From positions 16,120,001-16,184,000 of the forward strand of contig NC_091284.1 of assembly GCF_032444005.1 (NCBI RefSeq): DNA of 64,000 nucleotides. The letters are read 5' to 3'. The notes under the pieces were generated by a model. That model did not search any database. It was not told where the DNA came from and saw only the letters and a list, made by a program, of their open reading frames with translations. Source of the stretch: Ranitomeya imitator (Eukaryota). Made by a program: the position numbers and the translations under genes. Every line of letters starts with the position of its first letter. The stretch's first letter is position 1. Shown piece by piece: positions 12,945 to 25,600 of the stretch.

Positions 12945-14560
12945 GTCTCTGCAGGAGAATGGGGGTCCCTGTCTGTGGTCGGCAGCGGGTCCTCTGCAGG
13001 AGGATGGGGGTCCAAATCTGTACCCAGCAGCGGGTCCTCTGCAAGAGGATGGGGTCCCTGTCTGTGGTCGGCAGCGGGTCCTCTGCAGGAGGATGGGGGT
13101 CCAAATCTGTACCCAGCAGCGGGTCCTCTGCAAGAGGATGGGGTCCCTGTCTGTGGTCGGCAGCGGGTCCCTGTCTGTGGTCGGCAGCGGGTCCTCTGGA
13201 GGAGAATGGGGGTCCCTGTCTGTGGTCGGCAGCGGGTCCTCTGCAGGAGGATGGTGGCCCGTATCTGTACCCAGCAGCGGGTAATGTGCAGGAGGATGGG
13301 GGTCCGTATCTGTACCCAGCAGCGGGTCCTCTGCAGGAGGATGGGGGTCCGTATCTGTACCCAGCAGCGGGTCCTCTGCAGGAGGATGGGGGCCCGTATC
13401 TGTACCTAGCAGCGGGTAATGTGCAGGAGGATGGGGGTCCGTATCTGTACCCAGCAGCGGGTCCTCTGCAGGAGGATGGGGGTCCGTATCTGTACCCAGC
13501 AGCGGGTCCTCTGCAGGAGGATGGGGGCCCGTATCTGTACCCAGCAGCGGGTCCTCTGCAGGAGGATGGTGGCCCGTATCTGTACCCAGCAGCGGGTAAT
13601 GTGCAGGAGGATGGGGGTCCGTATCTGTACCCAGCAGCGGGTCCTCTGCAGGAGGATGGGGGTCCGTATCTGTACCCAGCAGCGGGTCCTCTGCAGGAGG
13701 ATGGGGGTCCGTATCTGTACCCAGCAGCGGGTCCTCTGCAGGAGGATGGGGGTCCGTATCTGTACCCAGCAGCGGGTCCTCTGCAGGAGGATGGGGGTCC
13801 GTATCTGTACCCAGCAGCGGGTCCTCTGCAGGAGGATGGGGGTCCGTATCTGTACCCAGCAGCGGGTCCTCTGCAGGAGGATGGGGGCCCGTATCTGTAC
13901 CCAGCAGCGGGTCCTCTGCAGGAGGATGGGGGTCCCTGTCTGTACCCAGCAGCGGGTCCTCTGCAGGAGGATGGTGGCCCGTATCTGTACCCAGCAGCGG
14001 GTCCTCTGCAGGAGGATGGGGGTCCGTATCTGTACCCAGCAGCGGGTCCTCTGCAGGAGGATGGGGGTCCGTATCTGTACCCAGCAGCGGGTCCTCTGCA
14101 GGAGAATGGGGGTCCCTGTCTGTACCCAGCAGCGGGTCGTCTGCAGGAGGATGGGGGCCCGTACCTGTACCCAGCAGCGGGTCCTCTGCAGGAGGATGGG
14201 GGTCCCTGTCTGTGGCCAGCAGCGGGTCCTGTCCAGGAGGATGGGGGCCCGTATCTGTACCCAGCAGCGGGTCCTCAGCAGAATGGGGATCCCTGTCTGG
14301 TCGGCAGCAGGTTCTCTGCAGGAGAATGGGGGTCCCTGTCTGTACCCAGCAGCGGGTCCTCTGCAGGAGGATGGGGGCCCGTACCTGTACCCAGCAGCGG
14401 GTCCTCTGCAGGAGGATGGGGGTCCCTGTCTGTGGCCAGCAGCGGGTCCTGTCCAGGAGGATGGGGGCCCGTATCTGTACCCAGCAGCGGGTAATGTGCA
14501 GGAGGATGGGGGTCTGTATCTGTACCCAGCAGCGGGTAATGTGCAGGAGGATGGGGGTAC
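12945..14560. repeat. 45-bp minisatellite between ZDHHC23 and CCDC191
   Basis: Unit GTATCTGTACCCAGCAGCGGGTCCTCTGCAGGAGGATGGGGGTCC. Confidence 0.95.
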
Positions 14561-16124
14561 TCTGCTGCTGGAACAAGGGGTGTGAAGGGCATAACTAAAT
14601 CTACCCTGTGGGGTAAACTGCACCTAGTAATCCTATGGAAATTAACACTAAGGACACCTGTATGGTAGAGCTGAGGGTTTGTTACAGTTGGATGCAGCAC
14701 CGTCCCTTCTGCTGACAGTGTTTTCCAAGGATTAATCAGGAGTGAGACATTTCCTGACTTCCCGGCCGGGTGCAGACCCTCGTGTCCTGACGGGGGGACG
14801 ATCTCTGCAGCTGCTCCTTTATATCAGGTCTTGACTCTATATATAATGTGTCCAGGAAGCGATTATCGGCTCCGGTTACCGTCCGCCCCACGACACTTCC
14901 TAAAATACTGATGTAAACAGTGTCACATTCACAGCCTAAGACGGCTGATAACAGGGAATAATAGCTGCTCCCACCTACACAGCATGAAACCCCCCCAGTG
15001 CTAATATTCCTCTTGTGCTCGCTGCTGGTTGAACTGCTCTTAATCTATAATTTTTCAGTCTTTGCTATAAAGGAAATCCGCTCTCACTGCACTAACTTCC
15101 TATGGAGCCGTGAGCATGCAGAGCTGCAGGGTAAAGCATGGAGGAGGAAGAAGAGAGCAGCATCCGAATAAGCCTGTGATCAGACAGGAGATAGATTTAA
15201 AATATAGACCTGGATGCTGGATTACATCCTTAGACATTTTTTTTCTATCTCTACATCATTTATTATTAATTATATCTTTGAGACCTGACCGAGCTGGTGT
15301 ACTTACATTAAAGATTCATGTCCGAATAGCTGAATAATTGTTATATCAGGAGACCAAATGCAGGAGATTACTTAAAGGAAAGCAGGCCGGTTCCCTTTAA
15401 TAATGTGTGCATATTCTCTATAAAGCACAGAATGACTGTTCAAACCAAGCACAGGCGCTCGGTGTACAATGTCGCCTCCAATCTGTTCAATGCACCTTCC
15501 CACCTATGTAATTCCCCTTATCTTCCCCTTTCTTTGATTGACTGTTCTGGCTTCATAGAGCCAGGGACGGGTGGAATTAGAGGGTAAACAAGCAGGTGGG
15601 AAGGTGCTTGGTTTGAACAGTCATTCAGACGTAGGTATAAATCAGTCTCGAGATTGCACCACAATACACAGAGTGTCCGCAGGTCTCTCCACCCGAGTGT
15701 CACAGTTTCATCTATTTCTATACAGCGGTCTCGCTCAGTCAGGAGCGCTGCAGACAATCCGTGTATTGTGGTTATACAGCTGTGTGAATGCGCCAGACAG
15801 ACATTAGAGCCAGTGCGGATGCAGAAAGAACAGCCGATGTCTATGTGAACAAGCGTAAAAAGGCAATAAAGAAAACAGAAAGTGAAGCAGCGACACACAG
15901 GAGAGCAGGAGACCACAGGGTATGGAGGAAAGGACGTAACTACAGGCGGCTTCATACACCGACAACGGCACAGGAAGAGAGCCGAGACCCAAAACTCCAT
16001 CTACTGAAGAGACCGGATCATCCGCATCCATCAACGAGCAGCTCTCCACCAATCCAAGAACAAATCATAATATATGATATAAACGAAATCTAAATAAAGA
16101 TCTATACTTTACAGAGCAGACCCA

Positions 16125-16520
16125 GTTACACCCTGTATTATACTCCAGAGCTGCACTCACTATTCTGCTGGTGCAGTCACTGTGTACATACATTACATTA
16201 CTGATCCTGAGTTATATCCTGTATTATACTCCAGAGCTGCACTCACTATTCTGCTGGTGCAGTCGCTGTGTACATACATTACATTACTGATTCTGAGTTA
16301 CATCCTGTATTATACTCCAGAGCTGCACTCACTATTCTGCTGGTGCAGTCACTGTGTACATACATTACATTACTGATCCTGAGTTACATCCTGTATTATA
16401 CTCCAGAGCTGCACTCACTATTCTGCTGGTGCAGTCACTGTGTACATACATTACATTACTGATCCTGAGGTACATCCTGTATTATATTCCAGAGCTGCAC
16501 TCACTATTCTGCTGGTGCCG
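16125..16520. repeat. Second short array of the same 86-bp repeat
   Basis: Same unit and orientation as 4690-6600. Confidence 0.95.
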
Positions 16521-16675
16521 TCACCGCACAGTGAATAATTAAGGATCGTTTGCAGAAACGTTCTTTATGTTTCTTTTTATAGTGAATTAGTACGCTTACA
16601 GTCGATGCTTCCCGCTCCGGAGTGCGGAGCTGCAGATGATGGAGGTTGTACTCCGCCTGTTCGGTTGCTTCCTCC

Positions 16676-19600
16676 TCACATTTCTCGGTTCATAGTGAAG
16701 TCGGGGAGCAGTTCGGACACCCTCTTCCTCAGCGCGTCCCTTCGCTCCTCCTGTAGTCTCAGCGCTCTCATCTCCTCTGGGAGCCGTCTCCACGTTCTGA
16801 GCGCGCTCAGGAGGATCCTCCTAGAGGACAGTGCAGTAATGAAGATTTGTCTATACCCCGCTGTGGCACCCCCTGCTGGGCGCACTGCGGCTTTTGTGAT
16901 CTACTCCCACCTTTGGTTGTGCTCTGCTGCCATCCTCTGCTTCTCCCACGTGGCCATCTTCTCCTCCTGCGCCACGTTCAGCCAGGACAGGAACGTCCGT
17001 CTCTGGAGATTCGCCCTGTGGCGCTGCACTGCTCTCTCCTCCTGGACGGACAGGTAGTCCTTATACTGGAAGATGGAGGCATGCATTACTATGGTCCCTG
17101 TGACAGTGATGTGAACTCTGCTACATCTACAGCGGAACCGAGCAGGATCTTCTGAATTGCTGTCATCTTTGCTAGGAGTTAAGGTACCGTCACACTTAGC
17201 GACGCTGCAGCGATACCGACAACGATCCGGATCGCTGCAGCGTCGCTGTTTGGTCGCTGGAGAGCTGTCACACAGACCGCTCTCCAGCGACCAACGATGC
17301 CGGTAACCAGGGTAAACATCGGGTAACTAAGCGCAGGGCCGCGCTCAGTAACCCGATGTTTACCCTGGTTACCATCCTAAAAGTAAAAAAAACAAACACT
17401 ACATACTTACCTACCGCTGTCTGTCCCCGGCGCTCTGCTTCTCTGCTCTCCTCCTGTACTGTCTGTGTGAGCACAGCGGCCGGAAAGCAGCGGTGACGTC
17501 ACCGCTCTGCTTTCCGGCTGACCGATGCTCACAGCCAGTACAGGAGGAGAGCAGAGCACAGCGCTGGAGGACAGACGGCTGTAGGTAAGTATGTAGTGTT
17601 TGTTTTTTTCACTTTTAGGATGGTAACCAGGGTAAACATCGGGTTACTAAGCGCGGCCCTGCGCTTAGTTACCCGATGTTTACCCTGGTTACCAGTGAAG
17701 ACATCGCTGAATCGGTGTCACACACGCCGATCCAGCGATGTCAGCGGGGAGTCCAGCGACGAAATAAAGTTCTGGACTTTCTTCCCCGACCAGCGACAGC
17801 ACAGCAGGGGCCTGATCGCTGCTGCCTGTCACACTGGACGATATCGCTAGCCAGGATGCTGCAACGTCACGGATCGCTAGCGATATCGTCTAGTGTGACG
17901 GTACCTTTAAAGGGACAGTCCACTGATCAGGAGTTCTGCATGGGACACGGAGCATTACCTTCCTGCTTGGTTGCTCGAGGTCCCCTCCCTTAAAGGGACA
18001 CTGTCACCTGAATTTGGAGGGAACAATCTTCAGCCATGGAGGCGGGGTTTTCGGGTGTTTGATTCACCCTTTCCTTACCCGCTGGCTGCATGCTGGCTGC
18101 AATATTGGATTGAAGTTCATTCTCTGTCCTCCATAGTACACGCCTGCGCAAGGCAAGATTGCCTTGTGCAGGCATGTACTACGGAGGACAGAGAATGAAC
18201 TTCAATCCAATATTGCAGCCAGCGGGTAAGGAAAGGGTGAATCAAAAACCCCGCCTCCATGGCTGAAGATTGTTCCCTCCAAATTCAGGTGACAGTGTCC
18301 CTTTAAGCTGGGTTCACATTGCATTGGTGCAGTCTGTTCAACGCATGTGGACTGCAACAACGCTAGTGCCTTTTACAGATCGCGCTATGCGATAGCACAG
18401 ATGCTCCACCTACGCTATCGATTAAATTCTGCCGACCGCATCCGAGTGTCCGTCACAGAATGATGGCATGGCACATCGCTAACGCATGCCGATTAGGACA
18501 TGCGTTAGCGATGAGCTACATAATGGGTGTGCTAACGCATCCGCTACATAGTGTTAGTGCCGCTGTGTAACGGATGCCGTCCGCACATTGCCATTGACGC
18601 AATGTGAACCCAGCCTTAGTGTTGGATGTCCAGGAAATCCTCGTTAGAAATGGGCGAACCCAAACTGTAAAGTTCAGTGTCCATACAGAACACCTGCTGT
18701 TTAAGCATGGACACCGAAAACAGACTTCACCAGGAAGTCCCCGTTACTGTTCGGGTTTGGTGCATGACAACGCGGCAAACACTGCTTCTGATCGGCCGTA
18801 AAATCATCACCGCCAGTCAGACAGCAGCGGTTCAAAAGACAGCATGAGCAGCTGGTCTGCTCAGAGGTATAAAGTTTACCTCCGGTCATTGGTGTCGGCT
18901 GATGGGACTACTACTCCCATCAGCAAACGCCTGCTGCTGCTAATAACAGCGAGAGTTGGAGTGGCTGATAGGAGTATTCATCAGCTGGCATCTGCGCTCT
19001 AAATAAATAATTAAAAAACGCTGTTGGTTCCCCTGTATTTTTGATAACCAGTCAGGCAAAACTTTATTCTGGCTGTGTCTTTATTTACCATATAACCATA
19101 GACACCTCTCCACTACTAATCCGTGGGCTTGATGTAACCTGCCAATATAAAGGTGACATCAACCCCACAAATATAAACCCCACTTCCCACTGCTATAGGG
19201 CAAGAGCCGGGCAAAGCTCCAGAATTGGTGCATCTAATAGATGTGCCTTTTCTGGGCAGCTGAGGGCTGCTATTTTTAGGCTGGGGGGGGGGCACTATCC
19301 ATGGCCCCTTACCAGCCTAAGAATACCAGCTGTCTGCTTTAGCAAGGCTGGTTGTTAAAAAATAGGGGGACCACGTTTTTTTCAAATTATTTATTTAAAT
19401 GATTTCAAAATACGGCATGGGGACCCCTTCTATTCTTGATAACCAGCCTTCTTGAAGCTGACAGCTGAAGGTTGCAGCCCCCAGCTGTGAGTTTTGCCTG
19501 GCTGGTTATAGGAAATACAGGGGAACCCACGCCGGGTTTTTTAAATTATTTATTTACAGCGCAGGAGCGGCAGATGAATACTCCCATCAGCTGCTCCTGC

Positions 19601-22600
19601 TCTCACTGTTATTAGCGGCAGCAGGTGTTGGATGATGGGAGCAGTAGTCCCATCAGCTGACACCAGTGACCGGTAAACGTTACACCTCCGGTCACAGCTG
19701 AGTGCTCCCGCTGTCTTTTGACAGTGTGTGAGCCGCGGCTCTCTGACCAGTGGTGACGATTTTAATGCCAATGAGTAGCGGTGTGTGTCGCGCTGTCCTG
19801 CACATGACAGTATGGCAAACACTGGCTGTTCAGGCCCCCATTCAAGTGAATGGGGTCCGGGTACTGTTCTGGCACCCGAACCTGAACTTTTTTGAACATC
19901 CAGGTGTCTGCCCATCTCTAATCCTCGTGCTGCCATAAGCGACTGGGCACAACTCACCTTCAGCCAGTGCCGGAAGATTCTCCGTAAGAGCAAGGTGGTG
20001 TGCAGCTGCTCCGCCCGCCGGACCTTCTCGGACAGGAGCTCCCTCGCTGCTTGTGACCAGCCCAGGAGGCCGCGTCTCAGGAGCGCCCGACAGTGATGAG
20101 ACTCTGCCCGCTGCACAGGAGGAAGGTGGAATACAAGAGGTCAGACGATTAGGAGAAAAGTTGGTGTTGGAAACAGTCAGTAAGCCTGTCAACAGCCGAG
20201 CTCCTGTAATGCAGAATAGACATATCACTTATCTGTATGCAAATCTCCACGGGGACAGTGAACACGTAAGACGTCCTGGGAGATTGCAGCTCTGAAGCCA
20301 TTAATGCAGCAGGTATAGTGTACACAGAGCAGAGGTTTCATTACTCTGTATATTACACTCCGATGTCCGAGCTGCAGAACCCAAACCGTAGAAAAAGATG
20401 ACGTGTCCACCACCTGTGACACCCGCCGCCCGGTGCTGTTCCGTTACCTCCGCGTTCTGCCTGCGCTGCACCAGCAGCTTCCTCCAGGGCTCCAGGCCGC
20501 AGGACCGCAGCAGACGCTGCTCATTGTGCCGCTCCGCTCTCCGCAGCAGCTCCTCTTCTTTCTGCAGCCGCCTTTGCTTCTCCTCTTCTTTCTGGCAAAT
20601 CAAATGATCAGGATGAGCGGTCAGCAACATGGCGGCTGTGCGGAACGTGTCTCGATCAGGCGGTGGTCCCGGTGCGGGGGGAAAGCACTACCTGTCTCTG
20701 CAGCCTCTTCTCCTCCCTCTTCTTCTCCAGCTGCGCCTCCTTCTCCGCTAACTCCATCTGCAGCCTCTGCTCCTCTGCTGCCCGCAACTCCGCCTGTAGG
20801 TGAGGAGGAGGGAGACGTAGTGTCATCTAGGGCCACATTCACACATCCGTGGTGTACCATGGAGCAGTCAAATATGGATGACACGCAGAAGCACAATGTC
20901 CGCTGTCTGCGTGTCAGCCGAGGCTCACGGATCCCCAAACAATTGGAACGCGCTCTTACATCTGGAGTGTGAGCGGCTCAGTGACCTCTGTGGGCCGTGC
21001 GCTGTCCTACACAGCGGTGTGACTGCCGCCTTACAGGTATATGTGGAGACCTGGGAATTATAAGGTCCCTCACCAGCTTCTCCTCCTCCCGTCTCCTCCT
21101 CATCTCATCCAGTAATCGCCTCCTTTCTGCTCGCTGCGCCGCTCTCTCCTCCATGGCTGCAATGAGAAAGTAGGAAAAAATCAATGGAAATGATAATCAC
21201 AAGAAAGCCACTTCCGAAAGTGTTCGGCATTGCCCCTTGTCGCTGATCCCACCATGCTGCCACCAATATGTCAAAGTTCACGGGGAAGATACCTTTATCA
21301 TCCACACTACTCACACCAATTTGTCACGAACCGGGGTTGTTTGGTTGCCCCTGGTTCCTTCTGAAGGGGATTTATCTATATCCCAGTTCCGGTTTGGAAC
21401 GTGCAGCTCTCTGGCGCCCCCCTTACCCTCAGGTCAGATTAGGTACTGCACCTAGGGTAATTAGTCAACAGAAAGGCTACCTGCTATGTACTGGCTATTG
21501 GGCATGCTGCAGCGAGGGCAATATAACTACTCCCACACAGGCGGGAACAATAATTATCAACGCCGCCATCGCTACAAAGCCTCCCAACCGCACAGGACAA
21601 AGTATGCTGCCACCAGCTCCAATTTCCTAGGATAAACGGATCCGGAGCCAGCCCAGATCAGTAGCATAATTCACTTCAGAGGACGTGACGGTTCGTTTAG
21701 AGCATGGAGAGACAAGCTAGTAATTTTATATTTTACTCCAAAAAAAGGTAGGCAGTGTTTACAAGGTATAAAAAGATATTATAAAGAAGACAAAATCATG
21801 TGTACATTACAATTACAAATAAAAGGATTAATATTGAAAAAACACATAGCTTTCAGATCATTTCATCTCCTGTTTGCCCATATGCTCAGGAGATACATCA
21901 ATATGCATGTCACATCTGTAGAGAAGCTGGACCCTGGGCAAAAAGACACTGCAAGAATGCTGTCTCGCTAAGTTATTTCCTAGTCTAAAACCGAAGCCCT
22001 ACCACTGTGGTGACCTCACTTAGAGGCTGGATACTCCCCTATCTTAGCAGTATGAAAACCATTTTTATGCCTAGCTTGCTGTATGAATCTTGTATACAAA
22101 ATACACCAGGATCACGAGGTACACCACAATTCTTTTAAGTGTAAACACGGGGCCATTACCTGAGCTGCTTACTGAGAAATCCGCACTTTGCCCTCGTTGC
22201 CTTTAACTGCCAGCGCTTTCAGTGACTGATAGATCTATCGATGGACTTTCGGAATATATAATTCTTATATCCCTAGCCCGGATTGGTGCCCATATATATA
22301 CCCTTGAAAGAACAATAGAAGCGCATGGTTCTTATATAGCAGTTTCAACCTGTACCAGTTGGGAGGGGGAACGAGTAGTGTTCACAGAGTCTGGTATTTT
22401 GCAGCGTAGCTATAACCTGTTCAGTGGGGGGGCTGCTACACATTGGTATCAAATTTCACAGAGTATCTGCCATAGGGCTTTGTTTCTGTATCAGCGAATG
22501 CATTGGGTTAGAAAGGGGGGAGGGCAATCTGCAGCGTGTCTGTGCCACGGTACTTTCTAGAACTAAACTCACATTATGGCATTTTTACATTATCGTGACA

Positions 22601-25600
22601 CCCCTCGCTGTGAGCAACTGTGATATCGCGTACCACCCCTCCAAGTCAGCAACTGCGCGTCTTCCCTCCCCGTCAGCAACCACGCGTCTTCCCTCCCCGT
22701 CAGCAACCACACCTCCTCCCTCCCCGTCAGCAACCGCGCGTCCTCCCTCCCCGTCAGCAACCGCTCGTCCACCCTCGCCGTCAGCAACCGCGCGTCCACC
22801 CTCGCCGTCAGCAACCGCGCGTCCACCCTCGCCGTCAGCAACCGGGCGTCCTCCCTCCCCGTCAGCAACCGCGCGTCCACCCTCGCCGTCAGCAACCGGG
22901 CGTCCTCCCTCCCCGTCAGCAACCGCGCGTCCACCCTCCCCGTCAGCAACCGCGCGTCCACCCTCCCCGTTAGCAACCGCGCGTCCACCCTCCCCGTCAG
23001 CAACCGGGCGTCCTCCCTCCCCGTCAGCAACCGCGCGTCCACCCTCGCCGTCAGCAACCGCGCGTCCACCCTCGCCGTCAGCAACCGCGCGTCCACCCTC
23101 GCCGTCAGCAACCGCGCGTCCACCCTCCCCGTTAGCAACCGCGCGTCCTCCCACCCCGTCATCAACCACGAAACCGGGCGTCCTCCCTCCGTGAGGAATT
23201 GTGACACATCCTCCCCCATGTAGCGGTATTTGCCCCGTTCAGGTCCCTCCAGGCCTCTGGTTCATACCAGTCACTGCAGGATGTGGGGTGGAGGATCCGC
23301 CATTTCTCCTGGGCGCGGTGCTATGCGGGGGGCTTGTATTGGGCCATTCCGATGGTTTAGACGATAGCGGCAATCTATGAAGAAAAAACCCAGACAGGAC
23401 ACATATGGGCAGCAGTGATGTCCACATTGGGGGCGACACCCAGCTTTCCTGGAGTCCTGAAGGACACATCATCTAGTTATGCAGAAATATTCAACATAAT
23501 GGCAGCCGTTTATGTCGCCCAGCTGTGCCTGATATAAAACCACGGCTCTTTTATAGAGCAGCGCTGAATATGAGGTATGGTACCTGGGAGGCGTCTCATG
23601 TGCCGGGTGGCTCGGGGTCGGAGGCGTGCTGCCCGTCCGGAGGGTGACCCTGGCAGGGACGCTGCGCCCGGACAGCTCCGCAGTCACAGCGCTGGCGTTC
23701 TTGGCTTCCCGCTGGGCGATCATCAGTCTTTGGTTCTCCATTAGTCCCAGGATCATCTCCTTCTGCTCCTGCAGCTGCCGCCTCTGCTCCTCGATCAGAT
23801 TCTGCTGGAAGGTGTGACGGTTCTCAAAGTTTTCCCCGTACGGGAGGATCTTCCTGTGGTGGCCGGACCCCTGGGGGGCGCTGCGATGCTGCAGGCGATG
23901 CTGCTGCAGCTCCTCAGGAGTGAGGGATGCATGCTGCAGGGTGACTTGCCAGGCGTACCGGGGACCAGTCATCGGCTTCTCTGCGCCAGTCTTGTGGGAT
24001 GTGATGGGAGCCTCGGTCTTGGCACTTTTGCCTGTCTCCACCTACAAAGAGACAAATCCAAAGATTTCAGCTCTGAGGGAAGTTAACGCTGAGCTGAAAT
24101 AACGCAGAGCGATTAGTCTCTGCACCTGCAGTGCAGCTTCAGATGAACGGACCCGATTACTGGGTATTCTGGTGACAGGAGGAGTTACCTGAGTCTCAGA
24201 GGCCTCGTGGCTGCTGACAGTCACCCCCGTCTGATCTTCGTTGCTCTGTCTCCGGCCCCCGACCGATGAGGCTGCATCCAGGAGAGCCGCCATCTTCCTC
24301 TTAGTCTCCTCTTTCTGCGCTTCCAGCTCTCGCTTTTCCTTCTCGCCTCGACACCAGAGCTGCCACTCAGCCAGGCAGCGGCGCAGGAGGCGGTAGCTGT
24401 AGCACTCGGCGGCGGCCTGCAGTTTCCTGCGGTCAGTGAGTAAGAGCACCCAGGACATAGATGAGAGCAGTGATACAAGGATGTGCCCCCACTCACCCGT
24501 GTCCTCCCTGGGTCACGCACCGGTTCTGATCCCTCAGGTCCTTCTCCATCTGCCGGGTCTCCCGCTCCATCTTTCCTGACCACATGTGGTCCCTCCAGGC
24601 CCGGAACGTCCTCAGCTGAAGCCTCCAGTCGGCCAGGGCCCGGGCCTTCCCCATCTTCACCCTGCGCTCCAGGACCAACTTGTACCAGGCTGAGAAGTGA
24701 TTCTGAAGGCACTGCCGAGACGTGAGCACAAGAATTAGCTCAGCGTGGGGGGTGAGACCCCGTTATCCTGGGATAATGACCCCACTGACGTGATTAGGGG
24801 GCGCCGGGGTCCAGGGAGAGCTGCCTATAATCAGCACAATAATTACAATTGTTCCCAAGCCCCTTCCTGTTCCGTAACTGAAGTGGCTGATAACAGGGAA
24901 CAAAAGAATCCTTTCCCTGCCCTAGGCAGTCTCCCCCCAGCATGAAGTGGCAGATAACAGGGAGCGATAGATAACTTGCCGCCACCGCTCTCACCCTGTG
25001 GTTTTCGGCGTAGATCTGATGGAGCAGCTCCTGGATCTTCCCCCGTTTCGCCAATCTCTCCTCCGGCTCTGGAGACGCTGGCTGCGCCACCTCCTTTTTC
25101 TTCTTCCTCTTCACCTCTCTACAAAGAAAAGAAAACAGAACAGTCTTGGAAAGCTGAGTGACAGCTAATACAGCCGCCATTATGGCAGTCACCCAACTTT
25201 CCCAGGTCCCTGAATGACAACCATAAACATGGAGAGACTCAGATACGCATCTAATGTGCCACTCTGGTGTCTGGGAGAGCTGGGTGAAGCCTGTGGCTAG
25301 ATGTCATGTATGGAGGCTGTCAGTATGGAGTAGTGTCATGGCGGTCGCCCCTTACGCTCGCCTCGCCTCCTCCATCACTCTCCGACGCGCGTCCATCTCT
25401 TTGCGCAGTTTCACCATCTCTCTCTGGATCTCCTCCTCCTCCTTCTTGGCCTTCAGCGCTTTCTGCTTGTTCTCCTCCTGCAGCAGCGTCTGCGCCTCTG
25501 ACAGAGCCGACTTCTTCAGCGCCAGCTCCTGCCTCCGCCGCTCCGTCTCCCTCTGCCGCCGCGCCCGGTTCTCCTTCACCTGCGTAAATCACACGACATC

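Noticed and set aside
12849-14623. Long repetitive ORFs
   Set aside because: Translations of the 45-bp minisatellite.
22424-23219. Mucin-like PSPSATARP ORFs
   Set aside because: 27-bp minisatellite in a CCDC191 intron; no splice sites or context support.
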